From an uncultured Spirochaetota bacterium (GTDB lineage Bacteria > Spirochaetota > Spirochaetia > SZUA-6 > Fen-1364), in contig CAVUXE010000028.1 in the NCBI GenBank assembly GCA_963745235.1, positions 64,001 to 128,000 of the forward strand: a DNA stretch of 64,000 nt. The letters run 5' to 3'. A program made the translations under genes and the position numbers. Below, piece by piece: positions 52,961-62,475 of the stretch. Positions within the stretch are counted from its first letter, which is position 1; the number at the start of each line of letters is the position of its first letter. A model generated the notes under the pieces. The model saw only the letters and a program-made list of their open reading frames with translations, was not told where the DNA came from and made no database searches.

Positions 52961-53630
52961 CTACTCGTGGTAGCGGAGCTTGTTCGCAAGCTGGATGATC
53001 TGGAACCGGTCCTGCACCCCGAGCTTGGAGTAGATCATGCTCACGTGGTTGCGCACCGTATGCTCGGCCATGTGGAGCTCCTCCCCTATCTGCGCATTGT
53101 CGTAGCCTCGGGCAATGAGCGTGAAGACTTCCCGCTCGCGCCGGGTCAGACTTTCAAACCATTCCAGACGTCCCGCGATTTCGCGCGCCGGCGAGGGCTC
53201 CTCGCTGAGGACGCTCCTCATCAGCTTTGCGACCACCTGCGGCGAGATCTGGACTGCCCCGCCCTTGAGAGCGCGGATGCTGGCGATGAGCTCGGTCGGG
53301 GATATGTCCTTCAATAGATAACCCGCGGCGCCAAGCTTCAAAGCGTTGCGAACGTATTCGTCTTCGTCGTAGGTGGACAGGATCAGGATGCGGACCCCTG
53401 GCTGGGCTGCCAGGAGCTTGCCCGGTGGCTTCCACACCGTCCATGACCGGCATGTGGACATCCATGAGGACGATGTCGGGATGGAGATCCGCCGCTTTCT
53501 CCAGCGCCTCCCTGCCATTCCTTGCAAGTCCCACCACTTCGATGTCTGCCGCGTAGTTGCGAAGAAAAGTGGACAGGCTCTCCAGGAAGAGGACCTGGTC
53601 GTCGACAATCAGCAGGCGGATCTTCTCCAT
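52961..53630 (-). CDS. NarL/LuxR-family response regulator (frameshift near 53421)
   Basis: IVDDQ, LMDVHMP.MDG, GYLLKD, LTRRE..TVRNHVS.IY.KL. Confidence 0.9.
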
Positions 53631-53641
53631 CGACAAACCTC

Positions 53642-54919
53642 TTACGCGATGTCCGCGGGGGGCTTGATGGGCACCTGCACGGTGAGGGAAAACCCGCCTT
53701 CAGGCGCCCGTCCCACGCTGACGGTTCCCCCCAGAGCGCCAAGCCGCTCCTCCATCCCCGCAATGCCGATCCCTTTCACGATCTCGAAGGCCCCCTTGCC
53801 GTTGTCTGTAATGTTCAGCCGCAACTCCTCTCCCTCTACCCAGAAGATCACTCTGACCCGGGACGCCTTGCCGTGGCGTACGGCGTTCGTGAGGGCTTCC
53901 TGGACGGTACGGTACAGGGCAAGGCTCAGCTCCCGGCTGAGAGAGTTGGGGAGATTGCCGAGACTGAGCATCACGTCGAGGCCCGTGATCTTGCGGAAGA
54001 TGGAGACGATCTTGTAGATGGCGCGCGGGGCGTTGCTCTGCGCGGGCGGCTCGCCACGCAGCCTCCGCAGCGCAAGGCGCGTCTCCTGCAGCCCCTCCTG
54101 GGCCGTCTTGCGCGCCGTGATCAGCACGTCAGTCAGTCCGGCCTGGTCGTCGCGGGGCATGCTTCCCGCCGCGTCCATGAGGGCGACAAGGTTCGTGAAG
54201 ATGTAGCCGGAGATATCGTGGATCTCCCTGCTGATGCGGTTTCGCTCCCGTTCGGAGGACTCTTCGTCCACGGTGCGCGCGTAGCCCTGGAGGTTGCGGT
54301 TCAGCTCCGCGAGGGTGTCCAAGTTCACCTCCTGGAAGCGAAGCACCTCGTCCTGCTCCTGACGCCGCTCCGTCATGTGCGCAAGAAGGGATGCCACAAC
54401 GGCAAAAGCCGCCAGGACGAAGCAGTACGCTGTGAGCTGGTCCAGGGTCGGTGAAAGGATGGTATCCACGAGGCTGTTGGAGCCGAAGATTGCGGGCAGG
54501 GCCTGCGCAAGGGCAAGAGCGGCCAGGGCGAGTGCACTGATGACCAGCCCGACGGGAAACGCGGCAAGGATACCGATCTCCGTCATCAGCCCGACCCCCA
54601 GCACCAGCCGAGAGGAGAGAAAGGCGCCGATGCTGTACCCGAAAACGATGAGCAGATACGTCCGCAGAAGCAGGACGATGGAGAGCCACATTCCGGGGCG
54701 CAGGAACAACGCGAGGACACTCATTGCCGCCGAGGCCGCGATGCAACCGAAGTAGGTTTCCGGGAAAAAGGCGTGCGTGCTCAGACCAACCGATGCGGGC
54801 CAGAAGAAAACCGCCGCCAGGCCGTACGTGAGGCCCAGGACAGCGAGATGGAAAACCTTGACAATTGTCATTCTCCCGAAAAAGGACGAAGCGGTCAGGC
54901 TGGTTCCTCGCGCGGACAT
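53642..54919 (-). CDS. Membrane sensor histidine kinase (HisKA_3)
   Basis: TM helices, ERNRISREIHD, QEALTNAVRH, DNGKG, G.GIAGM.ER. Confidence 0.92.
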   Translation of the reverse strand: MSARGTSLTASSFFGRMTIVKVFHLAVLGLTYGLAAVFFWPASVGLSTHAFFPETYFGCIAASAAMSVLALFLRPGMWLSIVLLLRTYLLIVFGYSIGAFLSSRLVLGVGLMTEIGILAAFPVGLVISALALAALALAQALPAIFGSNSLVDTILSPTLDQLTAYCFVLAAFAVVASLLAHMTERRQEQDEVLRFQEVNLDTLAELNRNLQGYARTVDEESSERERNRISREIHDISGYIFTNLVALMDAAGSMPRDDQAGLTDVLITARKTAQEGLQETRLALRRLRGEPPAQSNAPRAIYKIVSIFRKITGLDVMLSLGNLPNSLSRELSLALYRTVQEALTNAVRHGKASRVRVIFWVEGEELRLNITDNGKGAFEIVKGIGIAGMEERLGALGGTVSVGRAPEGGFSLTVQVPIKPPADIA

Positions 54920-54969
54920 GATAGAGCCTGATACCGCGGAAGTAAAGGAGGTGACAGCTTCACCCGCGG

Positions 54970-55842
54970 CTATCGCACGAGCCCACCTTCGCCTGGCAGC
55001 TTCATATCCGCCGGTGGACGATACTTTCCCAATCCGCCGCCGATCACGTAGTCCGCGATCTGCTCAAGGGTGGTGATCCATACCCTCTCTGTGCCCTGGA
55101 TGGAGCCGATTATCCGCTCCAGGAGTCTCATGCGGGAGGGCCGTCCGGTGACAAAGGGGTGTAATGTCAGAACGAAGCAGCCGCCAAACTGATAGTAGCC
55201 CAGGAACTCCTCGGACCAGATGTCGAAGACCTTCGATGGGCTGGAAATGCCGTTTCCAAGCTGGGGAGAAGAGCAGTAGCCGAAATGGACCCAATCATCG
55301 TTCGTCCAGTGGACGGGGATCTCCAGGAGCCTCTCATGCGCTCCCGCCTGAATGTGATACGGTTCATCATCTCCCATGAGGCTCGAGTCGTATTTGAAAT
55401 CGTTTTCTTTCAACAACCTCGGCGTTCGCTCACGCATTTCCCACGAAGGCGCGCGGTACCCTCGTGGCCTCTTGCCGGTAATCCGTTGAAGAATCTCTAT
55501 TCCCTTTCCCAGAACCTCTCTTTCCTGCTCCTCCTCGATGAGATCCGGCCTCTCATGAAGGTACCCATGGTGCGCCACTTCGTGTCCACGACGAGCCATG
55601 TCCTCCACCACGTCCTGGTGCCTTTCCGCCGCGTACCCAGGTACGAAGAATGTGGCGCGTATTCCACGATCGTCAAGAAGGTCCAGGATCCTCGGCAGTC
55701 CGACTTCAGGTCCGTATGTCGCCTCGGATTGCAAGGACAGGCGGTGCCTCGCGTTCTCCCTGTCGTAGCCAAACGCAGCACATTCCCCGTCTTCATCGAA
55801 TGTGAATGCCACCGCGCACCTGTTCCCATGAGGCCAGTTCAC
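54970..55842 (-). CDS. Polysaccharide deacetylase (CE4, PgdA/PuuE-like)
   Basis: FTFDED, TFFVPG, HEVAHHGYLH, GYRAP.W, YDSS, LHP...GR. Confidence 0.9.
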   Translation of the reverse strand: MNWPHGNRCAVAFTFDEDGECAAFGYDRENARHRLSLQSEATYGPEVGLPRILDLLDDRGIRATFFVPGYAAERHQDVVEDMARRGHEVAHHGYLHERPDLIEEEQEREVLGKGIEILQRITGKRPRGYRAPSWEMRERTPRLLKENDFKYDSSLMGDDEPYHIQAGAHERLLEIPVHWTNDDWVHFGYCSSPQLGNGISSPSKVFDIWSEEFLGYYQFGGCFVLTLHPFVTGRPSRMRLLERIIGSIQGTERVWITTLEQIADYVIGGGLGKYRPPADMKLPGEGGLVR

Positions 55843-55867
55843 GCTCCGCTCTCTTTCCCATGAAGAG

Positions 55868-55890
55868 GCGCGGCACGCGCCGTGCCGCGC
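55868..55890. other. Perfect GC-rich hairpin between the two deacetylase genes
   Basis: GCGCGGCACG-CGC-CGTGCCGCGC. Confidence 0.5.
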
Positions 55891-55912
55891 CCTGCGTCTT
55901 CTCTTTCTATTT

Positions 55913-56617
55913 CTATGGCAGAAGCTTGAAGTTCGGCATGTAGCCATGGATGCGAAATGCCCGAAACCCTTCCGCGTATCGAAACCCTGACTGCAGGCCG
56001 CGAAACTCGCTGATGACCCTGCAAAAATCGGAAAGAGTCTGCGTCTGGAATGTGGCCATCCAATCGAACTGACTCTTGTGAGAAGAGAGACCTTTCAGCT
56101 TCTTATCCATGACGTCGGTGATATCGACGTACACTTCCGGCTCGAAATGTATCCCGGCGCCCGTATCCCAGTAGAAGAGTGAGGGAGATTTCTTGATCGG
56201 CGGGACATCGGCTTTTACGTTTTTCCCAGGCAGGGAAAGCATGATTCGACTGACGATTGTGGCTATGACGTTGTGGTCTGTGCTCATGTCCCCGGGGAAA
56301 TGAGTCAGAATGACGTCGGGATCCGCCCAGCGAACCGCATTCAGCACGTTTCTGCGGACGTCCTCGTTCTCGACGAGACCCTCGTCATCGTAGCGGAGGA
56401 ACCTTACCTGTGCGCTGTAGATCTTTGCAGCTTCCAGCTGCTCTGCTTCCCGGATACGCGCGATCTCCTCCCTTCCCTCGAGTATGTTCGACCCCTGGTT
56501 GCCGCTCGTGGCAAGCGCAATGAAAATGCGATGCCCCGCCGCTGCGTATTTCAGCAGGGTCCCGGCGCAGAAGAGCTCCACGTCGTCAGGATGAGCGCCG
56601 AATGCAAGAATGTTCAT
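55913..56617 (-). CDS. PIG-L/LmbE-family N-deacetylase (CE14)
   Basis: AHPDDVE, R..E...AA, THF.GD...DH, YVDITD, HKSQ, AEGF. Confidence 0.9.
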   Translation of the reverse strand: MNILAFGAHPDDVELFCAGTLLKYAAAGHRIFIALATSGNQGSNILEGREEIARIREAEQLEAAKIYSAQVRFLRYDDEGLVENEDVRRNVLNAVRWADPDVILTHFPGDMSTDHNVIATIVSRIMLSLPGKNVKADVPPIKKSPSLFYWDTGAGIHFEPEVYVDITDVMDKKLKGLSSHKSQFDWMATFQTQTLSDFCRVISEFRGLQSGFRYAEGFRAFRIHGYMPNFKLLP

Positions 56618-56649
56618 GTCTTTTCTCCTTTTCTGGCACCTGTTTCGAT

Positions 56650-57477
56650 TCAGGCTTTCAAACCAGTCATTGCGATTCCTTGAACGAAATATCTGGACAA
56701 GAAGATGTAAAGCAGCAGCAAGGGAAGGCAGGCGATGACGCTCACGGCGAGCTGCTCGGGATAGGGGGTGTTGTACCCTCCCTTGAAGAGAGCGATCCCC
56801 TGGGGCAGGACGCGCATGTCGGGGTTGGAAATGAGAATCAGCGGCCACAGAAGGAGGTTCCATACCCACTGGGCATGAAAGATCACGAGGGCCAGCAGCG
56901 CGGTTTTCGCCATGGGGACAGCAATCCTTGCGAAAATGGCGTACTCGCTCGCCCCGTCTATGCGCGCGCTTTCCACATAGTCATCAGGCAGGGAATAGAA
57001 GAACTGGCGCATCATGAAGACCCCGAAGGCCGTAAGGCCTTCCGGTATGACCAACCCCCAGTAGGTGTTCTGAAGCCCCATTTTTCGAACCAGGATGAAA
57101 AGCGGGACCACGATTGCCTCGAAGGTAATCATGATGGTGGCCAGGACCACGGTAAAAAGGAGGGCATTTCCCTTGAAGCGATATTTCGCAAACCCGTACC
57201 CTGCCGTGGCTGAGAGAAACAGGCAGAGCAGAACGGCAAGGGTCGTGACTATCACGCTGTTGAGAATGAATCGGAGGAAATTGAAATCTGGAAAAGCGGT
57301 GAAGACGTTGTAGTAGCTTCTCCAGTTCCAGACGGGAGGGAGGAACCTGATAGGGATGGCAAGGACATCCTTGTTCAACTTGACAGAGGAGATCATCATC
57401 CAGAAAAAAGGAAACACGAAGGCAAGCCCGAGAATCAGGAGAACGGCATAGAGTGCCGACTTTTTAATCGTTCTCAC
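56650..57477 (-). CDS. Carbohydrate ABC permease
   Basis: ESARIDGA, WN.LLWPL. Confidence 0.9.
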   Translation of the reverse strand: MRTIKKSALYAVLLILGLAFVFPFFWMMISSVKLNKDVLAIPIRFLPPVWNWRSYYNVFTAFPDFNFLRFILNSVIVTTLAVLLCLFLSATAGYGFAKYRFKGNALLFTVVLATIMITFEAIVVPLFILVRKMGLQNTYWGLVIPEGLTAFGVFMMRQFFYSLPDDYVESARIDGASEYAIFARIAVPMAKTALLALVIFHAQWVWNLLLWPLILISNPDMRVLPQGIALFKGGYNTPYPEQLAVSVIACLPLLLLYIFLSRYFVQGIAMTGLKA

Positions 57478-57480
57478 GCC

Positions 57481-58377
57481 TCATCCTCCTGCCGTCCCTG
57501 ACTTGAAGAGCCGAAGCTGGAAAATCGAAAATACAAGGAGAGTCACGAAAAACAGCACCGAGATGGCGGCTGAATAGCCGAACTTGCTGAACTCAAAAGC
57601 CTGGCGAAAGAGGAGCAGGGAGAGGATCTCGGTTGATCGGCTTGGTCCTCCCTTTGTAATGACGTACTGGATGGAGAACTGTCCGAAGGTGAAAATAACG
57701 CAGGATATCACGGCGAGGGCAATCGTGTTCCTTATGCTTGGAATCGTGACGTAGTATAACTGGGCCCAGAACCCGGCTCCGTCCATCCGTGAGGCTTCAT
57801 ACAGGCTCACTGGCACATCGAGAAGCCCCGCAATATAGATCACCATGTAATAGCCAACCGACTTCCATACGAACGTAATGATGATTGCGTAGGGGGCCGC
57901 GGCGGTGCTGGTCAGCCACGCGGGGCTCGCTCCGAAGATTGCCCGAGTGACAATGGAGATGATCCCGGTGGATTGATACATGAACTCCCAGACGACGCCC
58001 ACGGCCACGATGGACAGAATGACGGGAAGAAAGACAAGGGATTGAAGGAGGTTCTTGTGCTGGATCAAACGACTCCCAAACAGGAGAGCGAAGACGAATG
58101 CCATGAGATTGATTGCCACCACGCTGATCACGCTGAAATGGAGAGTCCGCAGGTACGAGTTGATGGTTTGCGGGTCGCTCACCATCGTTACAAAGTTCCT
58201 GAGGCCGACGAACTTCTGCGGAGTAAGCAAGTCCCACTGGAAGAATGACAGGCGGAAAGCGCTCAGCATGGGATAGATGAGGAAGAGAGAGAAGAAGATG
58301 AGCGTCGGCAGGATGAACACGTAGCCATGTCTCTGCAGGCGTGTCACCGAATAGCTGGCCTTTTGCATGCGCCTCAC
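57481..58377 (-). CDS. Carbohydrate ABC permease
   Basis: WKSVGYYM, YEASRMDGA. Confidence 0.9.
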   Translation of the reverse strand: MRRMQKASYSVTRLQRHGYVFILPTLIFFSLFLIYPMLSAFRLSFFQWDLLTPQKFVGLRNFVTMVSDPQTINSYLRTLHFSVISVVAINLMAFVFALLFGSRLIQHKNLLQSLVFLPVILSIVAVGVVWEFMYQSTGIISIVTRAIFGASPAWLTSTAAAPYAIIITFVWKSVGYYMVIYIAGLLDVPVSLYEASRMDGAGFWAQLYYVTIPSIRNTIALAVISCVIFTFGQFSIQYVITKGGPSRSTEILSLLLFRQAFEFSKFGYSAAISVLFFVTLLVFSIFQLRLFKSGTAGG

Positions 58378-58439
58378 TCTGTGCTCTTTGGGAAAAAGGG
58401 CGTCCCCGACGAGATGTCAGGGACGCGCGCAGGGACCCT

Positions 58440-59732
58440 CTACTGGTAAATGCCTTTCACGTCGCTCTGCAATTGCGTGACGGAGTCTTCAACGCCTACG
58501 TTCTGGTAAATAACGCGCGAAATCGCGTCCCACACCGCAGACGTGACCTGGTTGCCCTTGGTAGAGGACAGCCACACTGATGGTTTCGCAAGCTCTCCCT
58601 TGAAAACCTGGTCATAATAGGGGATGTACTTTCGGGCGAGAGTCGGATCAAGAGCCTGCTTGCCGTTCGAAAGCCACATGCGCGGCTGATGCAGGCCTTG
58701 CTTGATGAACTCGTTTGGCTGGCTCGTCATGGTGTCAAGCCACTCGAAAGTCAGCGCTGGATCCTTGGCAAGACGCGAAACGTAGAGGGCGTTGCCATAT
58801 CCCATCCCGCCGATATCCTTTCCGTCAGGGAAGCGCGGATACGGGAAGGGTTGCACGTCCTTGCGCTTCACAGAGTAGGTGTCCAGGACGCCCCAATACC
58901 AGGTGCCGCCCGTAAGGAAAATGCCGGACTTTCCCGTCCCGAATCCCTCGCGGTCATTGTTTGCAAGGGCAGGATCCCAGATCTTGTCCGTGGTCACGAA
59001 ATCAGTGTACGTCTTCAACCCGCGGACGAGCGCGTCGGTCTGGTCCATGGAAGCGATCATGCCTTTCTCCGTTCCCCAGTCCAGCCCGAGCTGCTCCATC
59101 ATCGCAGAGATGACCAGGAAATTGAAGATCCCTTCCTTGGAATTGCACATGAACCCGTTCCGCACGGTGACGCCGTTGTCCACTTTCACCAGCTTCTTGG
59201 CGACGGCCACGAAATCCGCCCAGGTCTTGGGAATATCCGTCTTGGGGTTCAGGCCCGCTTCCTTCATGTAGGCAACGTTGATCCACCCCACATAGTCGGA
59301 CAGCTCGAACGGGATCCCGTAGTACTTGCCGTCCCAGTATCCACCGCAGGTCTGGATTGCCCCCGGGGTCCACATCTTGACCACGTCATCGATGGATGAC
59401 TTGCCGAATCCCTTCGGATCGATAGGGACCGCCTGACCTGCCGAGAGGAACTCCGCCGACTCTCCGTTGGTCAGCGCGAAGCTGTCGATCTGCCCATTGG
59501 CGGCCAGGACGGTGCGGATAATGTTCGCGCGGTCCCCGTCGGGCAGCAGAAGGAGCTTCACCTCCACGTCGGGGTGCTTCTTTTCAAAGATTTTCACCGC
59601 ATTGAGGTCGATCGGGTCGTAGATCGTCTCTGTCCAGTGGTAGTGCACGATCACCTTCTTGGGTGCAGCCCCCCAGCTAAAGGCAACAAGCACCAGGAAT
59701 CCCACGATGCAGAAAAGCAATCGCTTCACCAT
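58440..59732 (-). CDS. Carbohydrate ABC substrate-binding protein
   Basis: Signal peptide, FEKKHPDVEV, GKYYGIP, PKTWAD; GGAGG RBS. Confidence 0.88.
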   Translation of the reverse strand: MVKRLLFCIVGFLVLVAFSWGAAPKKVIVHYHWTETIYDPIDLNAVKIFEKKHPDVEVKLLLLPDGDRANIIRTVLAANGQIDSFALTNGESAEFLSAGQAVPIDPKGFGKSSIDDVVKMWTPGAIQTCGGYWDGKYYGIPFELSDYVGWINVAYMKEAGLNPKTDIPKTWADFVAVAKKLVKVDNGVTVRNGFMCNSKEGIFNFLVISAMMEQLGLDWGTEKGMIASMDQTDALVRGLKTYTDFVTTDKIWDPALANNDREGFGTGKSGIFLTGGTWYWGVLDTYSVKRKDVQPFPYPRFPDGKDIGGMGYGNALYVSRLAKDPALTFEWLDTMTSQPNEFIKQGLHQPRMWLSNGKQALDPTLARKYIPYYDQVFKGELAKPSVWLSSTKGNQVTSAVWDAISRVIYQNVGVEDSVTQLQSDVKGIYQ

Positions 59733-59811
59733 ACACCCTCCCCTATGGCACCGGGCCGAGGCCGCGGTCCAACGAAGTCTTTCTTGCGGTCCCAACGGGG
59801 CCGTCCGGATC

Positions 59812-61053
59812 TCACAACCCTTCCATGCTCTCCTTGAATGCTGCCGCGAAAACCTTCGCCTTCTGGTCGATCTCAGCATCCGTGGAATGCGGGTGGACAC
59901 CGAAGGCCGCGCCCAGCCCCTTGTCCACAACGCCAACGGAGATGTTGATTGCCCGTCCGAGGATGTCGTCCGTGCGCGGGAGCATTCCCTTTCGATATTC
60001 CTGCTGGCAGGGATAGCAAGAGCAGTTGTACGGGCACCCACGTTCTATGATCATCTTCTTGCCAAGAATCTGCTCCATGTTGTTGTACACGTGCCACCCT
60101 GACTTTGTTACTGTCGTGGTGCCTATCTTCAGCGCCAATCTTTCCGCAACCTGAGCCGTGGGAAGGATGACAGTCAGCAGCGTGCTGCATTCGCCGGCGT
60201 CGTCATTGATCTTTCGAAAGCCAAGGCCCGGCAATTTCTCGATCTTCGATTTGAAACGCTCCTTTATTTCGCGCAATCGCTTCATGATGACGTCCAGCCG
60301 TCGAAACTGGGCAATCAGAACAGCACCTGTCAATTCGTTCATTCGGTAGTTTTGCCCAACGATCGAACGGTTGCCGATCTCCACTCCCGAGCGGCTTGGA
60401 AAGTGCCCCTGGTCGTGGTAACCGAAGGCCCGGAAGTACAGGGAATCATCATCGGTCACGAGCATACCGCCGTCACCCGCGTTGATCGTCTTGAAGATGT
60501 TGAAGGAGTAGATCCCGATCTTCCCCAGCGTGCCGAGGCTCTTCTTTCCATAGCTGCCTCCGAAGGCCTGGGCGGCGTCTTCGATGAGGATGAGACCGTG
60601 TTTCTCCGCTATTGCACGAAGGCGATTCAGATCACACGGATTGCCCAGCATATGAACCGCCATTATTGCCCTGGTGCGCGGCGTTATCTTCTTCTCAACA
60701 TCCGCAGGGTCGAGGCTGAGGCTGTCGTCGATCTCAGCGAGGACCGGAACCGCTCGAGCGATGATGATGGAGGATATTGAAGCGATGAAGGTGTATCCGG
60801 GAACGATGACCTCATCTCCCGGACCGATTCCGAGGGCGGAGAGCGCGGTAATCAGGGCGGCGGTGCCGGAGGTTACAGCCAGGGCATGCTTCACGGCGAA
60901 CTTCTGCTCCACCATTTCCTCGAGAGTCTTGACTTTCCGCACAAATGCGGGATCTTTTTCGTCCCCATATCGGAAGAGCCACCTGTTACGCAGAACTTCC
61001 AGGACTTCTTTCTCTTCTTCTTTGCCTATCCATTCAAAGCCAGGTCCTGGCAT
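59812..61053 (-). CDS. DegT/DnrJ/EryC1/StrS PLP-dependent sugar aminotransferase
   Basis: SGTAAL, GPGDEVIVP.YTF.A, EDAAQA, SFN..K(PLP)...GDGG, NYRMNE. Confidence 0.92.
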   Translation of the reverse strand: MPGPGFEWIGKEEEKEVLEVLRNRWLFRYGDEKDPAFVRKVKTLEEMVEQKFAVKHALAVTSGTAALITALSALGIGPGDEVIVPGYTFIASISSIIIARAVPVLAEIDDSLSLDPADVEKKITPRTRAIMAVHMLGNPCDLNRLRAIAEKHGLILIEDAAQAFGGSYGKKSLGTLGKIGIYSFNIFKTINAGDGGMLVTDDDSLYFRAFGYHDQGHFPSRSGVEIGNRSIVGQNYRMNELTGAVLIAQFRRLDVIMKRLREIKERFKSKIEKLPGLGFRKINDDAGECSTLLTVILPTAQVAERLALKIGTTTVTKSGWHVYNNMEQILGKKMIIERGCPYNCSCYPCQQEYRKGMLPRTDDILGRAINISVGVVDKGLGAAFGVHPHSTDAEIDQKAKVFAAAFKESMEGL

Positions 61054-61168
61054 GGACGAACCTCCGTTCGGTGTAATTGGCAGCAAGATCTTAGCACAAA
61101 CTTGCATGATGTCAACCTTTAAATCCAAAAATGTAAGAAAACGTTCGATATTCCTCGTTAAGTTGTGA

Positions 61169-61196
61169 TAGTTAAATGCTTTTTTAGTTAAACTAA
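61169..61196. promoter_or_regulatory. Candidate ROK operator TTAGTT-A-AACTAA in AT-rich divergent promoter region
   Basis: Perfect palindrome at 61184-61196; TAGTTAAA also occurs at 61169. Confidence 0.55.
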
Positions 61197-61248
61197 TTCT
61201 CTTTTCCCTTTCAAAACAGCTAATTTCGTGTTAGCCTTGACATAATTT

Positions 61249-62475
61249 ATGAGCTCAGGAACTGGCAAAGATATTGATGCTGCAATCCTGCAAGCGATCT
61301 ATGCCCTTGGGACTCCGACACGAAACGAGATCGCGGACTTTACGAACCTGAGCGCTGTATCCGTCACCAAATCGCTTACCAGGCTGATTCCGCAGGGTCT
61401 GGCTGAAAGATGCGGCAAGAGAGGGTCCAAAGCTGGCAGGCCGACCGTACTTTACCGGCTCGGACCTGCTGCGGGGTACTCGGTAGGGGTCTCAATCGAT
61501 GTTGCAGGCTTTCGCTTGACCGCGATCGATGTGCGGCATGAGCTACTCCTTGAACGCGGCGGGTTGTTGTCACTTTCAGCTGATCCTTCGCTTCACGCCG
61601 AAGAGATAGTCTCAAAAGTCACCGCGGAGCTTCGGAGCTTCGTCGCCGCGCCGGAACTTGCGGATCGACGGCTTGTTGCAGTCGGAATTGCGCCCCCTGG
61701 AATAGTGGACACACAGAAGGGCATTTGGCTCCACGGGCTGCGGATCACCGGCGTCCTCCACGTGGCCCTTGGCGAAACCTTGCGAAGGCTTTTCGGCGTC
61801 TCCGTCCTTGTGGAGGATGGGGCTCGATGCCTCGCCTATAGAGAGGCAACACGACGGCCGAGGGATGACGCGCGGAATCTCGTCTATTTCTATCTCGGTT
61901 CAGGCGTCGGGGCCGGTATTATCATCGATGGCAAGCCATTCTACGGATGCCGCGGCATGGCGGGGGAAGTCGGCCATCTCATCGTGGAAGAGGGAGGGGT
62001 ACGGTGCAGCTGTGGCAACGTAGGTTGCCTGGAAACGGTAATCTCCTGCTCCGCGGTTCTCAGCAGATTCAGGGAAAGACTGTCTGAGGGGGTAATCTCC
62101 TCGTTGCAGAGGTTTCGCGACGACGGTCGCCTGAGCCTGCAGGTGATCAAGGACGCCGCGGATGAGGGCGACAAGCTTGCAAAATCAACTCTCTTCGAGC
62201 TGGGCAGGTTTCTGGGCGACGCGGTGAGCAAGGTCATCAAGCTCTTCAATCCAAGGGAATTGATAATCGGCGGTCCGGTCGCGTTGCTGGGAGAGCACAT
62301 TCGAGAGTCCTTATGGATAGAGCTCAGGGAGAAGGTCATGCCTGAAATGCTTGTCGATCTCAGTTTGGAAATGTCCCCAACGAAGGTGGGCGATGAGACA
62401 CTAGGCGCAGCGATGCTTGCTGAAAGGCACTTCTGGAAGCACATTGGTGCGACGGACAGGGAGATCTCAGAATGA
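61249..62475 (+). CDS. ROK-family (NagC/XylR) transcriptional repressor
   Basis: N-terminal HTH with GRP, G.GVGAG, AGEVGH, CSCGNVGCLE. Confidence 0.93.
   Translation: MSSGTGKDIDAAILQAIYALGTPTRNEIADFTNLSAVSVTKSLTRLIPQGLAERCGKRGSKAGRPTVLYRLGPAAGYSVGVSIDVAGFRLTAIDVRHELLLERGGLLSLSADPSLHAEEIVSKVTAELRSFVAAPELADRRLVAVGIAPPGIVDTQKGIWLHGLRITGVLHVALGETLRRLFGVSVLVEDGARCLAYREATRRPRDDARNLVYFYLGSGVGAGIIIDGKPFYGCRGMAGEVGHLIVEEGGVRCSCGNVGCLETVISCSAVLSRFRERLSEGVISSLQRFRDDGRLSLQVIKDAADEGDKLAKSTLFELGRFLGDAVSKVIKLFNPRELIIGGPVALLGEHIRESLWIELREKVMPEMLVDLSLEMSPTKVGDETLGAAMLAERHFWKHIGATDREISE

Noticed and set aside
14970-53430. Programmed frameshifting or phase variation as the cause of split genes
   Set aside because: No slippery heptamers or long homopolymer/SSR tracts at the breakpoints, and the affected families are ordinary enzymes and transporters.
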